This document shows positions 10,330 through 19,481 of a DNA stretch of 64,000 nt, piece by piece (the stretch's first letter is position 1; each line of letters starts with the position of its first letter). The DNA is from Bacteroidota bacterium. GTDB taxonomy: Bacteria; Bacteroidota; Bacteroidia; B-17B0; Aurantibacillaceae. The stretch is taken from assembly GCA_040387475.1 (NCBI GenBank), contig JAZKDT010000059.1, positions 10,239 to 74,238 on the forward strand. Direction: 5' to 3'. The translations under genes and the position numbers were made by a program. The notes beneath the pieces are model-generated. The model searched no databases. It saw nothing but the letters and a program-made list of their open reading frames with translations, and had not been told where the DNA came from.

Positions 10330-10370
10330 TGAGGGCCCAAATTTACGCCCAAATCCTGAAAATCACAATT

Positions 10371-13300
10371 TTATCGCATCAATTGCACATATCCTTCATA
10401 ATGGTTAGGAGTAGCTTCAGGAACAGTTAAAATAAAGAAATAGGTTCCATCAGTGTGTCCGCCGCCATTCCAGTCATTTTTATAATTATCCTGTTCAAAA
10501 ACTTTTTTACCCCAACGGTTAAAAATTGTTAAGTGATTACTTCCCAGCAATTCCAGGTTCTTAAATTTCAATAATTCGTTGGCACCGTCGCCATTTGGTG
10601 TAAATACGTTTGGCACCTCAATTACAGCGTCAACTACATACCACAGAGTATCCCTGTCCGAACATCCGCTTGAACCGGTAACGGTTATAACAACGGGGAA
10701 AGTTCCGGCCATGGTATAAAAATGATTCACCGGATTACCATTAGCACCATTCCCGTCTCCAAATGTCCAGCTGGTGCTGGTTATAGAGCCTGTTGAAATA
10801 GTGGAAGTACTTGTAAAATCAATAACCGTTGTTGGTGTAACAGGCGATGGCGGTGTGGCAGTAAAACTTGCTACCGGTATGACATCATTAAAAACCGTAG
10901 TTGTGTTAGTTGCTATACAACCTTGCGCATCCATGAAAGTAACGCTCACATTTCCTGCCGTACACATCAGTGTCGAATCGGCTGTGGAACTGTTGTTAGA
11001 CCATGCATAAGAATAGGGAGTAAAAGAAGATGTACCTGTTGCTGTAATTTCAGCACAATCGCCCGGACAAATAACAAAATCAGGAGAGAATAAACTTACT
11101 GAAGGACTTGATTTAACCGTTGCTACTGTTGCCATGCCCACGCATAAATTAGCATCTGTTACTATAACTGCATAATTTCCCTGAGTAGACGTTGTTGCTG
11201 TAGCAGCCGTTCCAAGCGCTGAGGGTGTCCATGCGTATGAATAACTTGTTGATCCTCCAATCCCTGCTGTAACAGTTGGCGTTAACGTTGCATTAAACCC
11301 ATTACAGAAAATAACCGGCAAAGCCGACATACTTACAGTAGGATTTGGCACAGCGATAACAGTACAGGTATTTGAAACAAGACTAACACATCCGGTAGTA
11401 CTATTAGTTACCTGTAATGTTAATACTGTTGGCGTAGTAACCGTTAAAGAAGGCGTATGTACTCCATTACTCCAGGTATACGTATAAACCCCTGCCGGGG
11501 AGAAAGAAATAGCTGCAACGGTGTTGCTTGTTCCTGAACACATACTCACACTGGCAGGAATAACCACTGTTGGCGTAGGACTGATGTTGACATTGATAGA
11601 AGCTGTTGCAATACAGTTATTAGCGTCAACGGTTACCGTGTAAATTCCTGCACTGGTCACGGTAGTTGTTTGAGCCGTTCCACCGCCTGTCCAGCTATAA
11701 CTTGTAGCGCCGGAAATAGATGCCGTAAGCGTTGTTGTTCCTGCCCCACAAATAGAAAGCGGGTTGGCTGTTATTCCCACTGTTGGTGACGAAGCAGAAA
11801 CGACAAACGGCACTGAGCCTGTACAACCATTTACATCGGTTACAGAAACTGTATAGTTAGTTGTTCCTGTTAAAGAAGCTGTTGGAGTATTGATAGCGCC
11901 CGGTGTCCAGGTATAAGTATCATAGGCCGGCATTCCGCTTGCCGGTGGATTAAGTGCTAATGTAGTGCTGGTTGCAGGCGGACAATAATTTAACGCCCCA
12001 AAAACCGAAGGAGTTGGAATTGGGTTAGAAGAGATCGTTACAATGCATTTGTTAGACGTATCGCTCACACAACCTGTTGTATTATTAGTAACCAGTAATG
12101 ATATAACTGAGTTAGCACTTACTGTTGTAAAAGGTGAATGGGTTCCATCACTCCAGGTGTAGGTATAAACACCGGCCGGCGTGAAAGAAACCACGGAAAC
12201 TGTACCACTTGATCCGGCACATAAATTAAGAGACGGTGTTATGACCACTGAAGGCGTAGGCGTTATATTAACGTTAATGGTTTGTGTAGACGTACAGTTA
12301 TTTGCAAGCACGGTTACCGAATAGACACCAGCTGCGTTTACCGTTGTAGTTTGCGCTGTTCCCCCATTTGACCAGCTATAACTGGTTGCTCCCGAAATTG
12401 AAGCAGTAAGGGTGGTGGTGCCTGTTCCACAAATGGCAGTTGGATTAGCTGTAATACCAACAGTTGGCGAAGCGGTAGACACTGTAAAGGTAGTAAAACC
12501 TGTACAACCATTAGCATCAGTTACTTTAACCGTATAGGTTTTACCTGCAAAAGTTCCATTTAAAGCAGCCGTAGGTGTATTAACAGGGCCTGGCGTCCAG
12601 GTATAAGTATTATAGGCTGCCATTCCCGGTAGCGGAGGATTTAAAGACAACGTTGTACTAGTTGCGGGTGGACAATAATTTAACGGTCCCAATACTACAG
12701 GCACTGGGTTTGGGAATACCTGAATAGTATCGGAAGATGATTTATAGCAACCGGTTTTTTTAACAGTGACATAATAAACTCCAGTAGTATTCGCAATGGT
12801 TGAACAACCACTGGTACCATTGCTCCAGTATACATTATCATAGCTCGAGCAATTGATCAGGTTTAAAGTAGCCCCCGGGGTTGCACACACTGTTCCGGAT
12901 GGAGACGATGATAACGTTGGCTGAGGAATGGATAAATTCTCAATTTTAATAAAATAGGTTGCTGATGTGGATAATGGTGGTGTGCCGTTATCTGTTCCGG
13001 TAATAACTACCGTATGCACTCCCGTTAAAGTTGGACTGGCTACTACCATCCATGTATAGATGGTGGTTCCTGCCGTAGTAGTTGTAACTCCTAAAGGTTG
13101 AAAGTTTGAGCCTAAAGTAGCAGCTGTTCCGTTGATAGTAATAGATTGAGTACTTTCCGGTGCTAAAAAGGTAGTGGTGTAAACTAAGGTATCGCCTAAT
13201 GAACAAATTTTTAATGTGTCTCCGCAGGACGAGCCGCCACCGGTTGCATCCTGAACAATTGGAGGCAAATTATTGTTAGTACCACAGGTATTGAAAAAAT

Positions 13301-14174
13301 ACGATTTATTATCTAAAAAAGACACGCCGTCATTTAAACCGTAAGGCCCGTCATAAGAAATGCCCGGAGCATCAAAACGTCCGATTTGAACAAAGTTGGT
13401 GCCATCTCCTTTATTAACACCAACCGTAGAAGGTACTCCGCCAAAACCACCCACACCCTGTGAAGCAGAACCTGTAGTCCATTGCATATCACCGTAACAA
13501 AAAGCAACATTATTACCATTGGGAAGAATAGGATCTGATCCGTCGGTAATAATCAGCTGAAAATCATTTAATTTATCTGCCATAGAGCTATAGTAACCCA
13601 CATTACTCCATTTAACAATTAAAGAGGTAGCCGTTTTTTTGAAATAAGGTAAACCGCTTGACGCATTTCTGGTATCTACATCGCCCCAAAATGGCGCAAT
13701 CATTACAAAACCCGGATCAGGGAATGGATTTGAACTAAAAGTAGAGTAAGGGCTTCCAAAAGAGATATTACCGTTATTATTGATATAACAGCTTGTATAG
13801 GTTGTTCCATAAAAACAGAAGCTGAATCCTAATGGAATTAATGCCGTAGAGCCATCATCATTACGATATTCAGGTGCAATGCCCGAAGTGATAGGCACTA
13901 CCGAAAAGGTGGGATCTACCGGAACCATACATTGGCAGGCACCGGTACTATTGGTTTTTGCTGCTGATGGCATACCAAGCGTTAGGTCGCCTTTGGTTTG
14001 ATTAACTCCAGGATTAGTATTTGTGGCGTTATTAATAAATTTATAATTGGCCTGAGGCAATAATTGTCCGCTTGCTTTTAAATTTTGGTAGCTTTGTACT
14101 GTTGTAAGAATAGTTTGCGCTTTAAAAAACGAAACAGTTAACAACAAACAAAAAAGTACATTTAATTTTTTCAT
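10371..14174 (-). CDS. Large secreted protein with a NIDO-like domain, Ig-like repeats, a PKD domain and a T9SS type B (gliding-motility-associated) C-terminal sorting domain
   Basis: Signal peptide present. NIDO-like block FCFYGTTYTSCYINNNGNISFGSPYSTFSSNPFPDPGFVMIAPFWGDVDTRN. PKD-like WTFGDGNGANGNPVNHFYTMAGTFPVVITV. C-terminus VPNVFTPNGDGANELLKF...IFNRWGKKVFE...WNGGGHTDGTYFFIL. Confidence 0.8.
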   Translation of the reverse strand: MKKLNVLFCLLLTVSFFKAQTILTTVQSYQNLKASGQLLPQANYKFINNATNTNPGVNQTKGDLTLGMPSAAKTNSTGACQCMVPVDPTFSVVPITSGIAPEYRNDDGSTALIPLGFSFCFYGTTYTSCYINNNGNISFGSPYSTFSSNPFPDPGFVMIAPFWGDVDTRNASSGLPYFKKTATSLIVKWSNVGYYSSMADKLNDFQLIITDGSDPILPNGNNVAFCYGDMQWTTGSASQGVGGFGGVPSTVGVNKGDGTNFVQIGRFDAPGISYDGPYGLNDGVSFLDNKSYFFNTCGTNNNLPPIVQDATGGGSSCGDTLKICSLGDTLVYTTTFLAPESTQSITINGTAATLGSNFQPLGVTTTTAGTTIYTWMVVASPTLTGVHTVVITGTDNGTPPLSTSATYFIKIENLSIPQPTLSSSPSGTVCATPGATLNLINCSSYDNVYWSNGTSGCSTIANTTGVYYVTVKKTGCYKSSSDTIQVFPNPVPVVLGPLNYCPPATSTTLSLNPPLPGMAAYNTYTWTPGPVNTPTAALNGTFAGKTYTVKVTDANGCTGFTTFTVSTASPTVGITANPTAICGTGTTTLTASISGATSYSWSNGGTAQTTTVNAAGVYSVTVLANNCTSTQTINVNITPTPSVVITPSLNLCAGSSGTVSVVSFTPAGVYTYTWSDGTHSPFTTVSANSVISLLVTNNTTGCVSDTSNKCIVTISSNPIPTPSVFGALNYCPPATSTTLALNPPASGMPAYDTYTWTPGAINTPTASLTGTTNYTVSVTDVNGCTGSVPFVVSASSPTVGITANPLSICGAGTTTLTASISGATSYSWTGGGTAQTTTVTSAGIYTVTVDANNCIATASINVNISPTPTVVIPASVSMCSGTSNTVAAISFSPAGVYTYTWSNGVHTPSLTVTTPTVLTLQVTNSTTGCVSLVSNTCTVIAVPNPTVSMSALPVIFCNGFNATLTPTVTAGIGGSTSYSYAWTPSALGTAATATTSTQGNYAVIVTDANLCVGMATVATVKSSPSVSLFSPDFVICPGDCAEITATGTSSFTPYSYAWSNNSSTADSTLMCTAGNVSVTFMDAQGCIATNTTTVFNDVIPVASFTATPPSPVTPTTVIDFTSTSTISTGSITSTSWTFGDGNGANGNPVNHFYTMAGTFPVVITVTGSSGCSDRDTLWYVVDAVIEVPNVFTPNGDGANELLKFKNLELLGSNHLTIFNRWGKKVFEQDNYKNDWNGGGHTDGTYFFILTVPEATPNHYEGYVQLMR
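11335..12722 (-). repeat. Tandem in-frame duplication (2 x ~690 nt, ~230 aa) inside the NIDO/T9SS protein
   Basis: The two copies begin NP(V/I)P...LNYCPPATSTTL(S/A)LNPP and share long identical runs, for example SPTVGITANP, TTTLTASISGATSYSW and PAGVYTYTWS. The string ggacaataatttaac recurs ~690 nt apart. Confidence 0.85.
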
Positions 14175-14250
14175 GTGATTTTCCTTTTATATAGGGAGTT
14201 AAAAATAGCATTTATTAATTATTATATCAAATTATCCACTCATTAATACC

Positions 14251-14814
14251 ATGAATAAACTAATTATCCCGCTGTTTATAGTTGCAATTGCAACATCTTT
14301 AGTTGCTTTTATGCGAAAAAAAGGAACACCTAATTCCTCTTTACATCAATTTAAAGCAACTACACTTGAAGGACAGGTAATAGATTTTGCATCTCTCAAG
14401 GGCAAAAAAATACTGATTGTAAACACAGCCAGTAAATGTGGATTTACGCCGCAGTACAAGGAATTGGAGGAGTTATACGAAACTTACAAAGACAAAAATT
14501 TTACGATCGTGGGATTTCCCTGTAACCAGTTTGGCAACCAGGAACCTGGAAACAGTTCTGACATCAAATCTTTTTGTACCAGGAACTACGGCGTTACTTT
14601 TACTATGATGGAAAAAGTAAATGTAAAAGGCGATAGCATCAGCGAAATTTACAAATGGCTTACCAGTAAAGATATGAATGGAGTTGAAGGCAGCTCCGTG
14701 AAATGGAACTTTCAGAAATACATGATTGATGAAAATGGTTTTTTAATAGGTCATGTTGGTTCCATTAAATCTCCAAAATGTGATAAGATCATCAACTGGA
14801 TAGAAGGAAAGTAA
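14251..14814 (+). CDS. Glutathione peroxidase (Cys-type) with an N-terminal membrane or signal segment
   Basis: Motifs NTASKCGFTPQY, FPCNQFGNQEPG and KWNFQKYMI. Confidence 0.85.
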   Translation: MNKLIIPLFIVAIATSLVAFMRKKGTPNSSLHQFKATTLEGQVIDFASLKGKKILIVNTASKCGFTPQYKELEELYETYKDKNFTIVGFPCNQFGNQEPGNSSDIKSFCTRNYGVTFTMMEKVNVKGDSISEIYKWLTSKDMNGVEGSSVKWNFQKYMIDENGFLIGHVGSIKSPKCDKIINWIEGK

Positions 14815-15564
14815 TTATCTTAAAACCGTAGTGGCATTTGCCTGGATAGTTGGCATGAGGATAACATCGTTAACATTAACATGTGCCGGACGACTCGCCA
14901 TCCAATAAATGGTTTCCGCAACATCCTCAGGTTTTAAAGGCACTATATTTTCATATACTTTTTTAGCCCTTTCAGCATCGCCATCAAACCGAACAATACT
15001 AAATTCGGTTTCCACCATTCCCGGATTTACAGCGGAAACACGAATTCCGTGAGGTAAAAGATCAATCCGCATTCCTTTGTTTAAAGCGTCAACAGCATGC
15101 TTGGTGGCACAATATACATTGCCATTTGCATATACCTCCTTACCTGCTATAGAGCCAACGTTAATAATATGCCCTTTTTTATGAGCGATCATGATTTGTG
15201 AAACATGTTTCGTAACATACAACAATCCTTTGATATTTGTGTCTATCATTTGTTCCCAATGTGCCAGTTTTCCATCCTGTATAGTTGACAAACCTGCCGC
15301 TAACCCGGCGTTATTAACCAATACATCTATATTCCTGTAATCTCCTGGTATGGATTTGATCGCAGCTTCCACCTGTTTCTCATCACGTACATCAAATTTC
15401 AATGTCAGCACTTGAATGGAATGCTCCTTCTCCAAAGTGGTTTTAAGGTCTTGCAAGCGATCCTCTCTCCTGCCGGTAATAATCAGATTGTATCCGTTTC
15501 TGGCAAATTCAATGGCTGTTGATTTTCCAATACCCGAAGTGGCTCCTGTAATTAATGCTATCAT
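14815..15564 (-). CDS. SDR family NAD(P)-dependent oxidoreductase
   Basis: TGATSGIG cofactor motif, NNAG, and catalytic YCATKHAV (YxxxK). Confidence 0.85.
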   Translation of the reverse strand: MIALITGATSGIGKSTAIEFARNGYNLIITGRREDRLQDLKTTLEKEHSIQVLTLKFDVRDEKQVEAAIKSIPGDYRNIDVLVNNAGLAAGLSTIQDGKLAHWEQMIDTNIKGLLYVTKHVSQIMIAHKKGHIINVGSIAGKEVYANGNVYCATKHAVDALNKGMRIDLLPHGIRVSAVNPGMVETEFSIVRFDGDAERAKKVYENIVPLKPEDVAETIYWMASRPAHVNVNDVILMPTIQANATTVLR

Positions 15565-15758
15565 AATTTTTTGTATCGCTACAAAGATAAATATAAAACA
15601 GTAGCTGTGTATAAAACTTAAAATGAGCCAAAAACCAAGGGAAATAATGCTTATATTTATGCAGCTCTTTTTTAAGCGCTGGAATTTAACGTATTAACAT
15701 TCACAGCTTTGCAACAACATTTGAGTTGATTGTATTAGCTTACTAAATATATATAATT

Positions 15759-17216
15759 ATGGCATGTGGTACCTGCTCTACAGGAGACGATAAAAATGGC
15801 GGTGTCCCCGCGGGATGTAACAATAACGGATCATGCGGCACCGGTGGTGGCTGTAATAAACTAAACGTATTCGACTGGCTTGGAAACATGAGTTTGCCTG
15901 AAGGGCAAGCGCCCTGCGATGTAGTTGAAATTCGCTTTAAAAATTCCCGTAAAGAATTTTATCGTAACGTTAACAATTTAACTTTGAATGTAGGCGACAT
16001 TGTTGCCACAGAAGCGTCTCCCGGCCATGACATTGGCGTGGTTTCCGTTACCGGCGAATTAGTAAGACTTCAGTTAAAGAAGAAAAACATCAGTTATGCC
16101 AGCGAAGAAATCAAAAAAGTATACCGCAAGGCAAAACAACAGGATATTGATAAATGGAAAGAAGCTCAGGCTTTGGAAGTTGAATCCATGTTTAAATCCA
16201 GAACACTGGCATTGAAGCTTGGCTTACAAATGAAGATAAGCGATGTGGAATACCAGGGTGATAAAAGCAAAGCGGTATTTTATTACACTGCTGATGGCCG
16301 CGTGGATTTCAGGGAGCTGATCAAAGTGATGGCCGATACGTTTAAAGTACGTATTGAAATGCGCCAGATCGGTGCTCGCCAGGAAGCTGCCCGCCTGGGT
16401 GCTATTGGCTCTTGCGGACGTGAATTATGCTGCTCTACCTGGTTAAATGATTTCAGAACTGTTTCTACCTCGGCTGCCCGTTACCAGCAGTTGTCATTAA
16501 ATCCATTAAAGCTGGCCGGGCAATGTGGTAAATTAAAATGCTGCTTAAATTATGAGTTAGATAGTTACCAGGATGCCTTAAAAGAATTTCCGGAAATTGA
16601 CAATCGCCGTTTGGCTACCGAAAAAGGATTTGCTTTTCACCAAAAGACCGATATTTTTAAACGCATCATCTGGTGGAGCTATACCAGTGAACCTGATGTG
16701 TTTGTTCCCTTAACCATTGCGCGAACAAAAGAGATTTTCAGGTTAAATGCTGATAATATTAAACCCGCTGATTTACTGGAGCCAAAACAATTCAAGGAAT
16801 TGGAAATTGTGAAACAGCCGGATTACGAAAACGTTGTGGGGCAGGATTCCTTAACGCGTTTTGATAGTTTGAAAAAGAAAAACAACAACAACAACCGAAA
16901 CAAAAATAATAACCGTAAGCCAAATCCTAATCAGAAACCACAGGGCGACGCTTCTGTAAACGCGGCCGGCAAAAATGCTACCGGTGAAAAACAGCCGCAA
17001 CATAATAAACCGCAACACAAACCCCAGAACCAAAATAAGCCGAATCCTAACCAGAATAAACCGCAGAATCCGAATCCAAACAAGCCGCAAAATAATGGGC
17101 CGTTAAAACAACCGCCGCAAAAAAATGCGCAACAAGGGCAGGGACCAAAACCTCAACATAAAAAACCGGTTCACAATCATAAACCAAAACCTAAACCAGA
17201 TGGTGGCAATGCGTAA
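15759..17216 (+). CDS. PSP1 domain protein (RicT/YaaT-like) with a Cys-rich N-terminus and an N/P/Q/K-rich disordered tail
   Basis: The N-terminal MACGTCS...GCNNNGSCGTGGGCNKLNVFDWL is followed by a PSP1 core with a CGRELCCSTWL...CGKLKCCLNYE Cys cluster. The last ~113 aa are low complexity (KPNPNQKPQ...). Confidence 0.8.
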   Translation: MACGTCSTGDDKNGGVPAGCNNNGSCGTGGGCNKLNVFDWLGNMSLPEGQAPCDVVEIRFKNSRKEFYRNVNNLTLNVGDIVATEASPGHDIGVVSVTGELVRLQLKKKNISYASEEIKKVYRKAKQQDIDKWKEAQALEVESMFKSRTLALKLGLQMKISDVEYQGDKSKAVFYYTADGRVDFRELIKVMADTFKVRIEMRQIGARQEAARLGAIGSCGRELCCSTWLNDFRTVSTSAARYQQLSLNPLKLAGQCGKLKCCLNYELDSYQDALKEFPEIDNRRLATEKGFAFHQKTDIFKRIIWWSYTSEPDVFVPLTIARTKEIFRLNADNIKPADLLEPKQFKELEIVKQPDYENVVGQDSLTRFDSLKKKNNNNNRNKNNNRKPNPNQKPQGDASVNAAGKNATGEKQPQHNKPQHKPQNQNKPNPNQNKPQNPNPNKPQNNGPLKQPPQKNAQQGQGPKPQHKKPVHNHKPKPKPDGGNA

Positions 17217-17676
17217 AATTTTAATGATCAGTTGCGTGACGCTTTGCATAGCATTTATGTCTTGTAACAAAAATGTGGTGTTTAGCGAGTACACTAAAAT
17301 TCCGGAAGAAGGATGGAAAACAGAAAATAAATTATCCTATACGGTTGATATTACCGATAACAAACCATACCACAACGTGTTTTTAACTGTACGACACGCC
17401 GATTCTTACCCTTTCAGTAATCTCTTTGTTTTTTTAACCACTACTTATCCCGACGGAAAAAAATCGGTTGATACGTTGGAATGTATTTTAGCCAATAAAA
17501 AAGGCGAATGGCAGGGCGATGGCGCCGGCGATTTGTGGGACAATAAAATTCCTTTGAAACAAAATTTAATGTTTCCACAAACGGGTAAATACACATTTAC
17601 CTTTGAACAAGGCATGCGCCCGGATCCACTTCCTTTAATTATGGATTTCGGAATGGTGATCGAGAAGGTGAAGTAG
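17209..17676 (+). CDS. gldH: Gliding motility lipoprotein GldH
   Basis: Lipoprotein signal MRKILMISCVTLCIAFMSC. The body (VRHADSYPFSNLFVFL...DGKKSVDTLECILA...GEWQGDGAGDLWD...GKYTFTFEQGMR) is collinear with GldH. The ATG at 17209 overlaps the PSP1 stop (ATGCGTAA). Confidence 0.75.
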   Translation: MRKILMISCVTLCIAFMSCNKNVVFSEYTKIPEEGWKTENKLSYTVDITDNKPYHNVFLTVRHADSYPFSNLFVFLTTTYPDGKKSVDTLECILANKKGEWQGDGAGDLWDNKIPLKQNLMFPQTGKYTFTFEQGMRPDPLPLIMDFGMVIEKVK

Positions 17677-17684
17677 GATTACTC

Positions 17685-18110
17685 ATGAGATATTTATTAT
17701 TTCTGTTAAGTTTTGCGTTTTGGAGTTGCCACAACGTACCTCAAGTTGACAGGCTAACTACGCTTGATTTTGAACATCCATCTGTTTTACGCAATCCTGA
17801 ATGCTCATTTATTGTAGTAAAAGAAAAAATCTGTGGTGTGTGGATTGGAAAAAAAAGTGTTTTATCAAAAGACACAACTATGGGCTCATACACCTTAACA
17901 ATAGACTACATTAGTAATGGATCTCTCAATTTGCTTGAAATAACAGCAGACAAATCCAGACAAACAACTTTAACAGGAGATCTTTTTATACTTGATGAAA
18001 ATTATGTTATTAAATGTGACTCGTTGCAAATAATCAACATTCATTATTTATCAGACAAGCAACTGAAGCTGGGAGAAGTGCTTTTTAAAAAAATGGAAGG
18101 CAACGGTTAG
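17685..18110 (+). CDS. Hypothetical lipoprotein
   Basis: Lipobox-like N-terminus MRYLLFLLSFAFWSC. I recognise no family. Confidence 0.4.
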   Translation: MRYLLFLLSFAFWSCHNVPQVDRLTTLDFEHPSVLRNPECSFIVVKEKICGVWIGKKSVLSKDTTMGSYTLTIDYISNGSLNLLEITADKSRQTTLTGDLFILDENYVIKCDSLQIINIHYLSDKQLKLGEVLFKKMEGNG

Positions 18111-18358
18111 TAATTTTACAGCGTCTCTATCCTACTAAACTATAATTCGATCCCATTCAACTTACCAATCTCCTCAAAATTTGTATTTAATATGCTGTAC
18201 CTACGGCACAGCATAAATTATATACATTATTCATTTCAACCAACATCTAACTCCTACGGAGTTATTTTAAAAAAATAAATATATGGATTGTCCCGAGGGG
18301 CAAACTATTGATAAAGTATAAATACGATACATTAAAAGTGTGCCGCAGATACAAGATA

Positions 18359-19348
18359 TTACCCTTTATCCTTGTTGCTAAAACTATAATTCAATCCCAC
18401 ACTAATTCTCCCGGCACTTTTTAAATTACCATCGCGTACTTGCTCCGCTGCTGTAAACTGCCAGGCCGTATTTAAAGAAAATGATTTGTAGTAAATATCC
18501 AATCCCGGTCCAACTAATAAAGAATTGACCTGCGTGTTTTTTTGCAACACATTTTTAATTTTTAAACCTTCAGTAAATTCATAATTAGCTTGTACCGATG
18601 GATAAAGAATAATACTCTTTAACTGAACTCTATAAAACACTGATACAAAATCGTTATGGCTATTCCCTAATTTTTCTCTGAATGAATTAGTTCCGTTTGC
18701 CTTGTAGTTCAGACTAATACTCGCTCCTAGTTTTTTGCTCATGCAGATATAATTCACGTAAGCAAAGCCATCTACGCTTCCCGTGCCGGGTTGCATTTCA
18801 AAAGGCAAGCGATCACTATTGCTATCGTGAGCATAAAAATTGCCGGTTGGTAATTTAATGCCGGCCCCTAAAATAAGTTTATGCCTGATCCTTTTATCTG
18901 CTTTGGGCGTTATCACATGATAACCCGCATTGAAGGAAATATCACCAAAACCGGTATGATGAACATAACTGTCATTTGTTTTTGACTTATTATCCATTAA
19001 AGGCAAAAACACGTTCAACTCTAAACGCTTCAGCACAAAATACTTAAAACGTAATTCAAATATTTTATACGACTCGAAATCATTACTTGAATATATGCGA
19101 GTGGCTTGAGTTGAATCAACAGCATGATCACCGCCGTGCATGGTTCGGTAAGCCGATTTTGGGAAAAAGTGAGTTTGTTGCTGGTAATCTCTGTACCCAT
19201 TGAACACACGATAGCGGTGTAAAAAAGAAATACTGCTTTTATTGTCGTATGGCGTGATCCCCATGTAACTACCGCAAATATCACAGGCTAATGCGTTTAA
19301 CGATAACATCAAACAACAGACTACAAAAAGTGCTTTTGTTTTTTTCAT
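18359..19348 (-). CDS. Outer-membrane beta-barrel channel, MetA-pathway/transporter-like family
   Basis: Signal peptide, alternating beta-strand pattern, a GFGDISFNAGY motif and a C-terminal aromatic-rich strand. The mature N-terminus carries CDICGS. Confidence 0.55.
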   Translation of the reverse strand: MKKTKALFVVCCLMLSLNALACDICGSYMGITPYDNKSSISFLHRYRVFNGYRDYQQQTHFFPKSAYRTMHGGDHAVDSTQATRIYSSNDFESYKIFELRFKYFVLKRLELNVFLPLMDNKSKTNDSYVHHTGFGDISFNAGYHVITPKADKRIRHKLILGAGIKLPTGNFYAHDSNSDRLPFEMQPGTGSVDGFAYVNYICMSKKLGASISLNYKANGTNSFREKLGNSHNDFVSVFYRVQLKSIILYPSVQANYEFTEGLKIKNVLQKNTQVNSLLVGPGLDIYYKSFSLNTAWQFTAAEQVRDGNLKSAGRISVGLNYSFSNKDKG

Positions 19349-19365
19349 AAATAATTTTTATAAAA

Positions 19366-19473
19366 TGTCACTTCGAGTAGCATTTGCCTATTCCTGCAAA
19401 TGCATATCGAGAAGATGTTCTCAAAAGAATTCTCGATACGTTTTTTAAAGAGGCAAAACTACTCGAACTGACA
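19366..19473. repeat. MITE/REP-like ~108-nt palindromic intergenic element, copy 1
   Basis: Terminal inverted repeats TGTCACTTCGAGTAG...CTACTCGAACTGACA with a nested hairpin TATCGAGAAG-N-TTCTCGATA. It is collinear with a second copy at 40693-40810. Confidence 0.75.
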
Positions 19474-19481
19474 AAGTTGTT

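Noticed and set aside
9670-10370. Absence of ccmA upstream of ccmB as evidence of a deletion or misassembly
   Set aside because: The junction shows a clean stop of the upstream gene and an intact ccmB start 41 nt later. ccmA may simply be encoded elsewhere, which cannot be decided from this window.
11335-12722. Periodic repeats here and at 35142-36770 as possible CRISPR or satellite arrays
   Set aside because: The periods are 690 nt and 405 nt. They are in frame within long ORFs and have no short spacer/repeat alternation, so they are protein-domain duplications.
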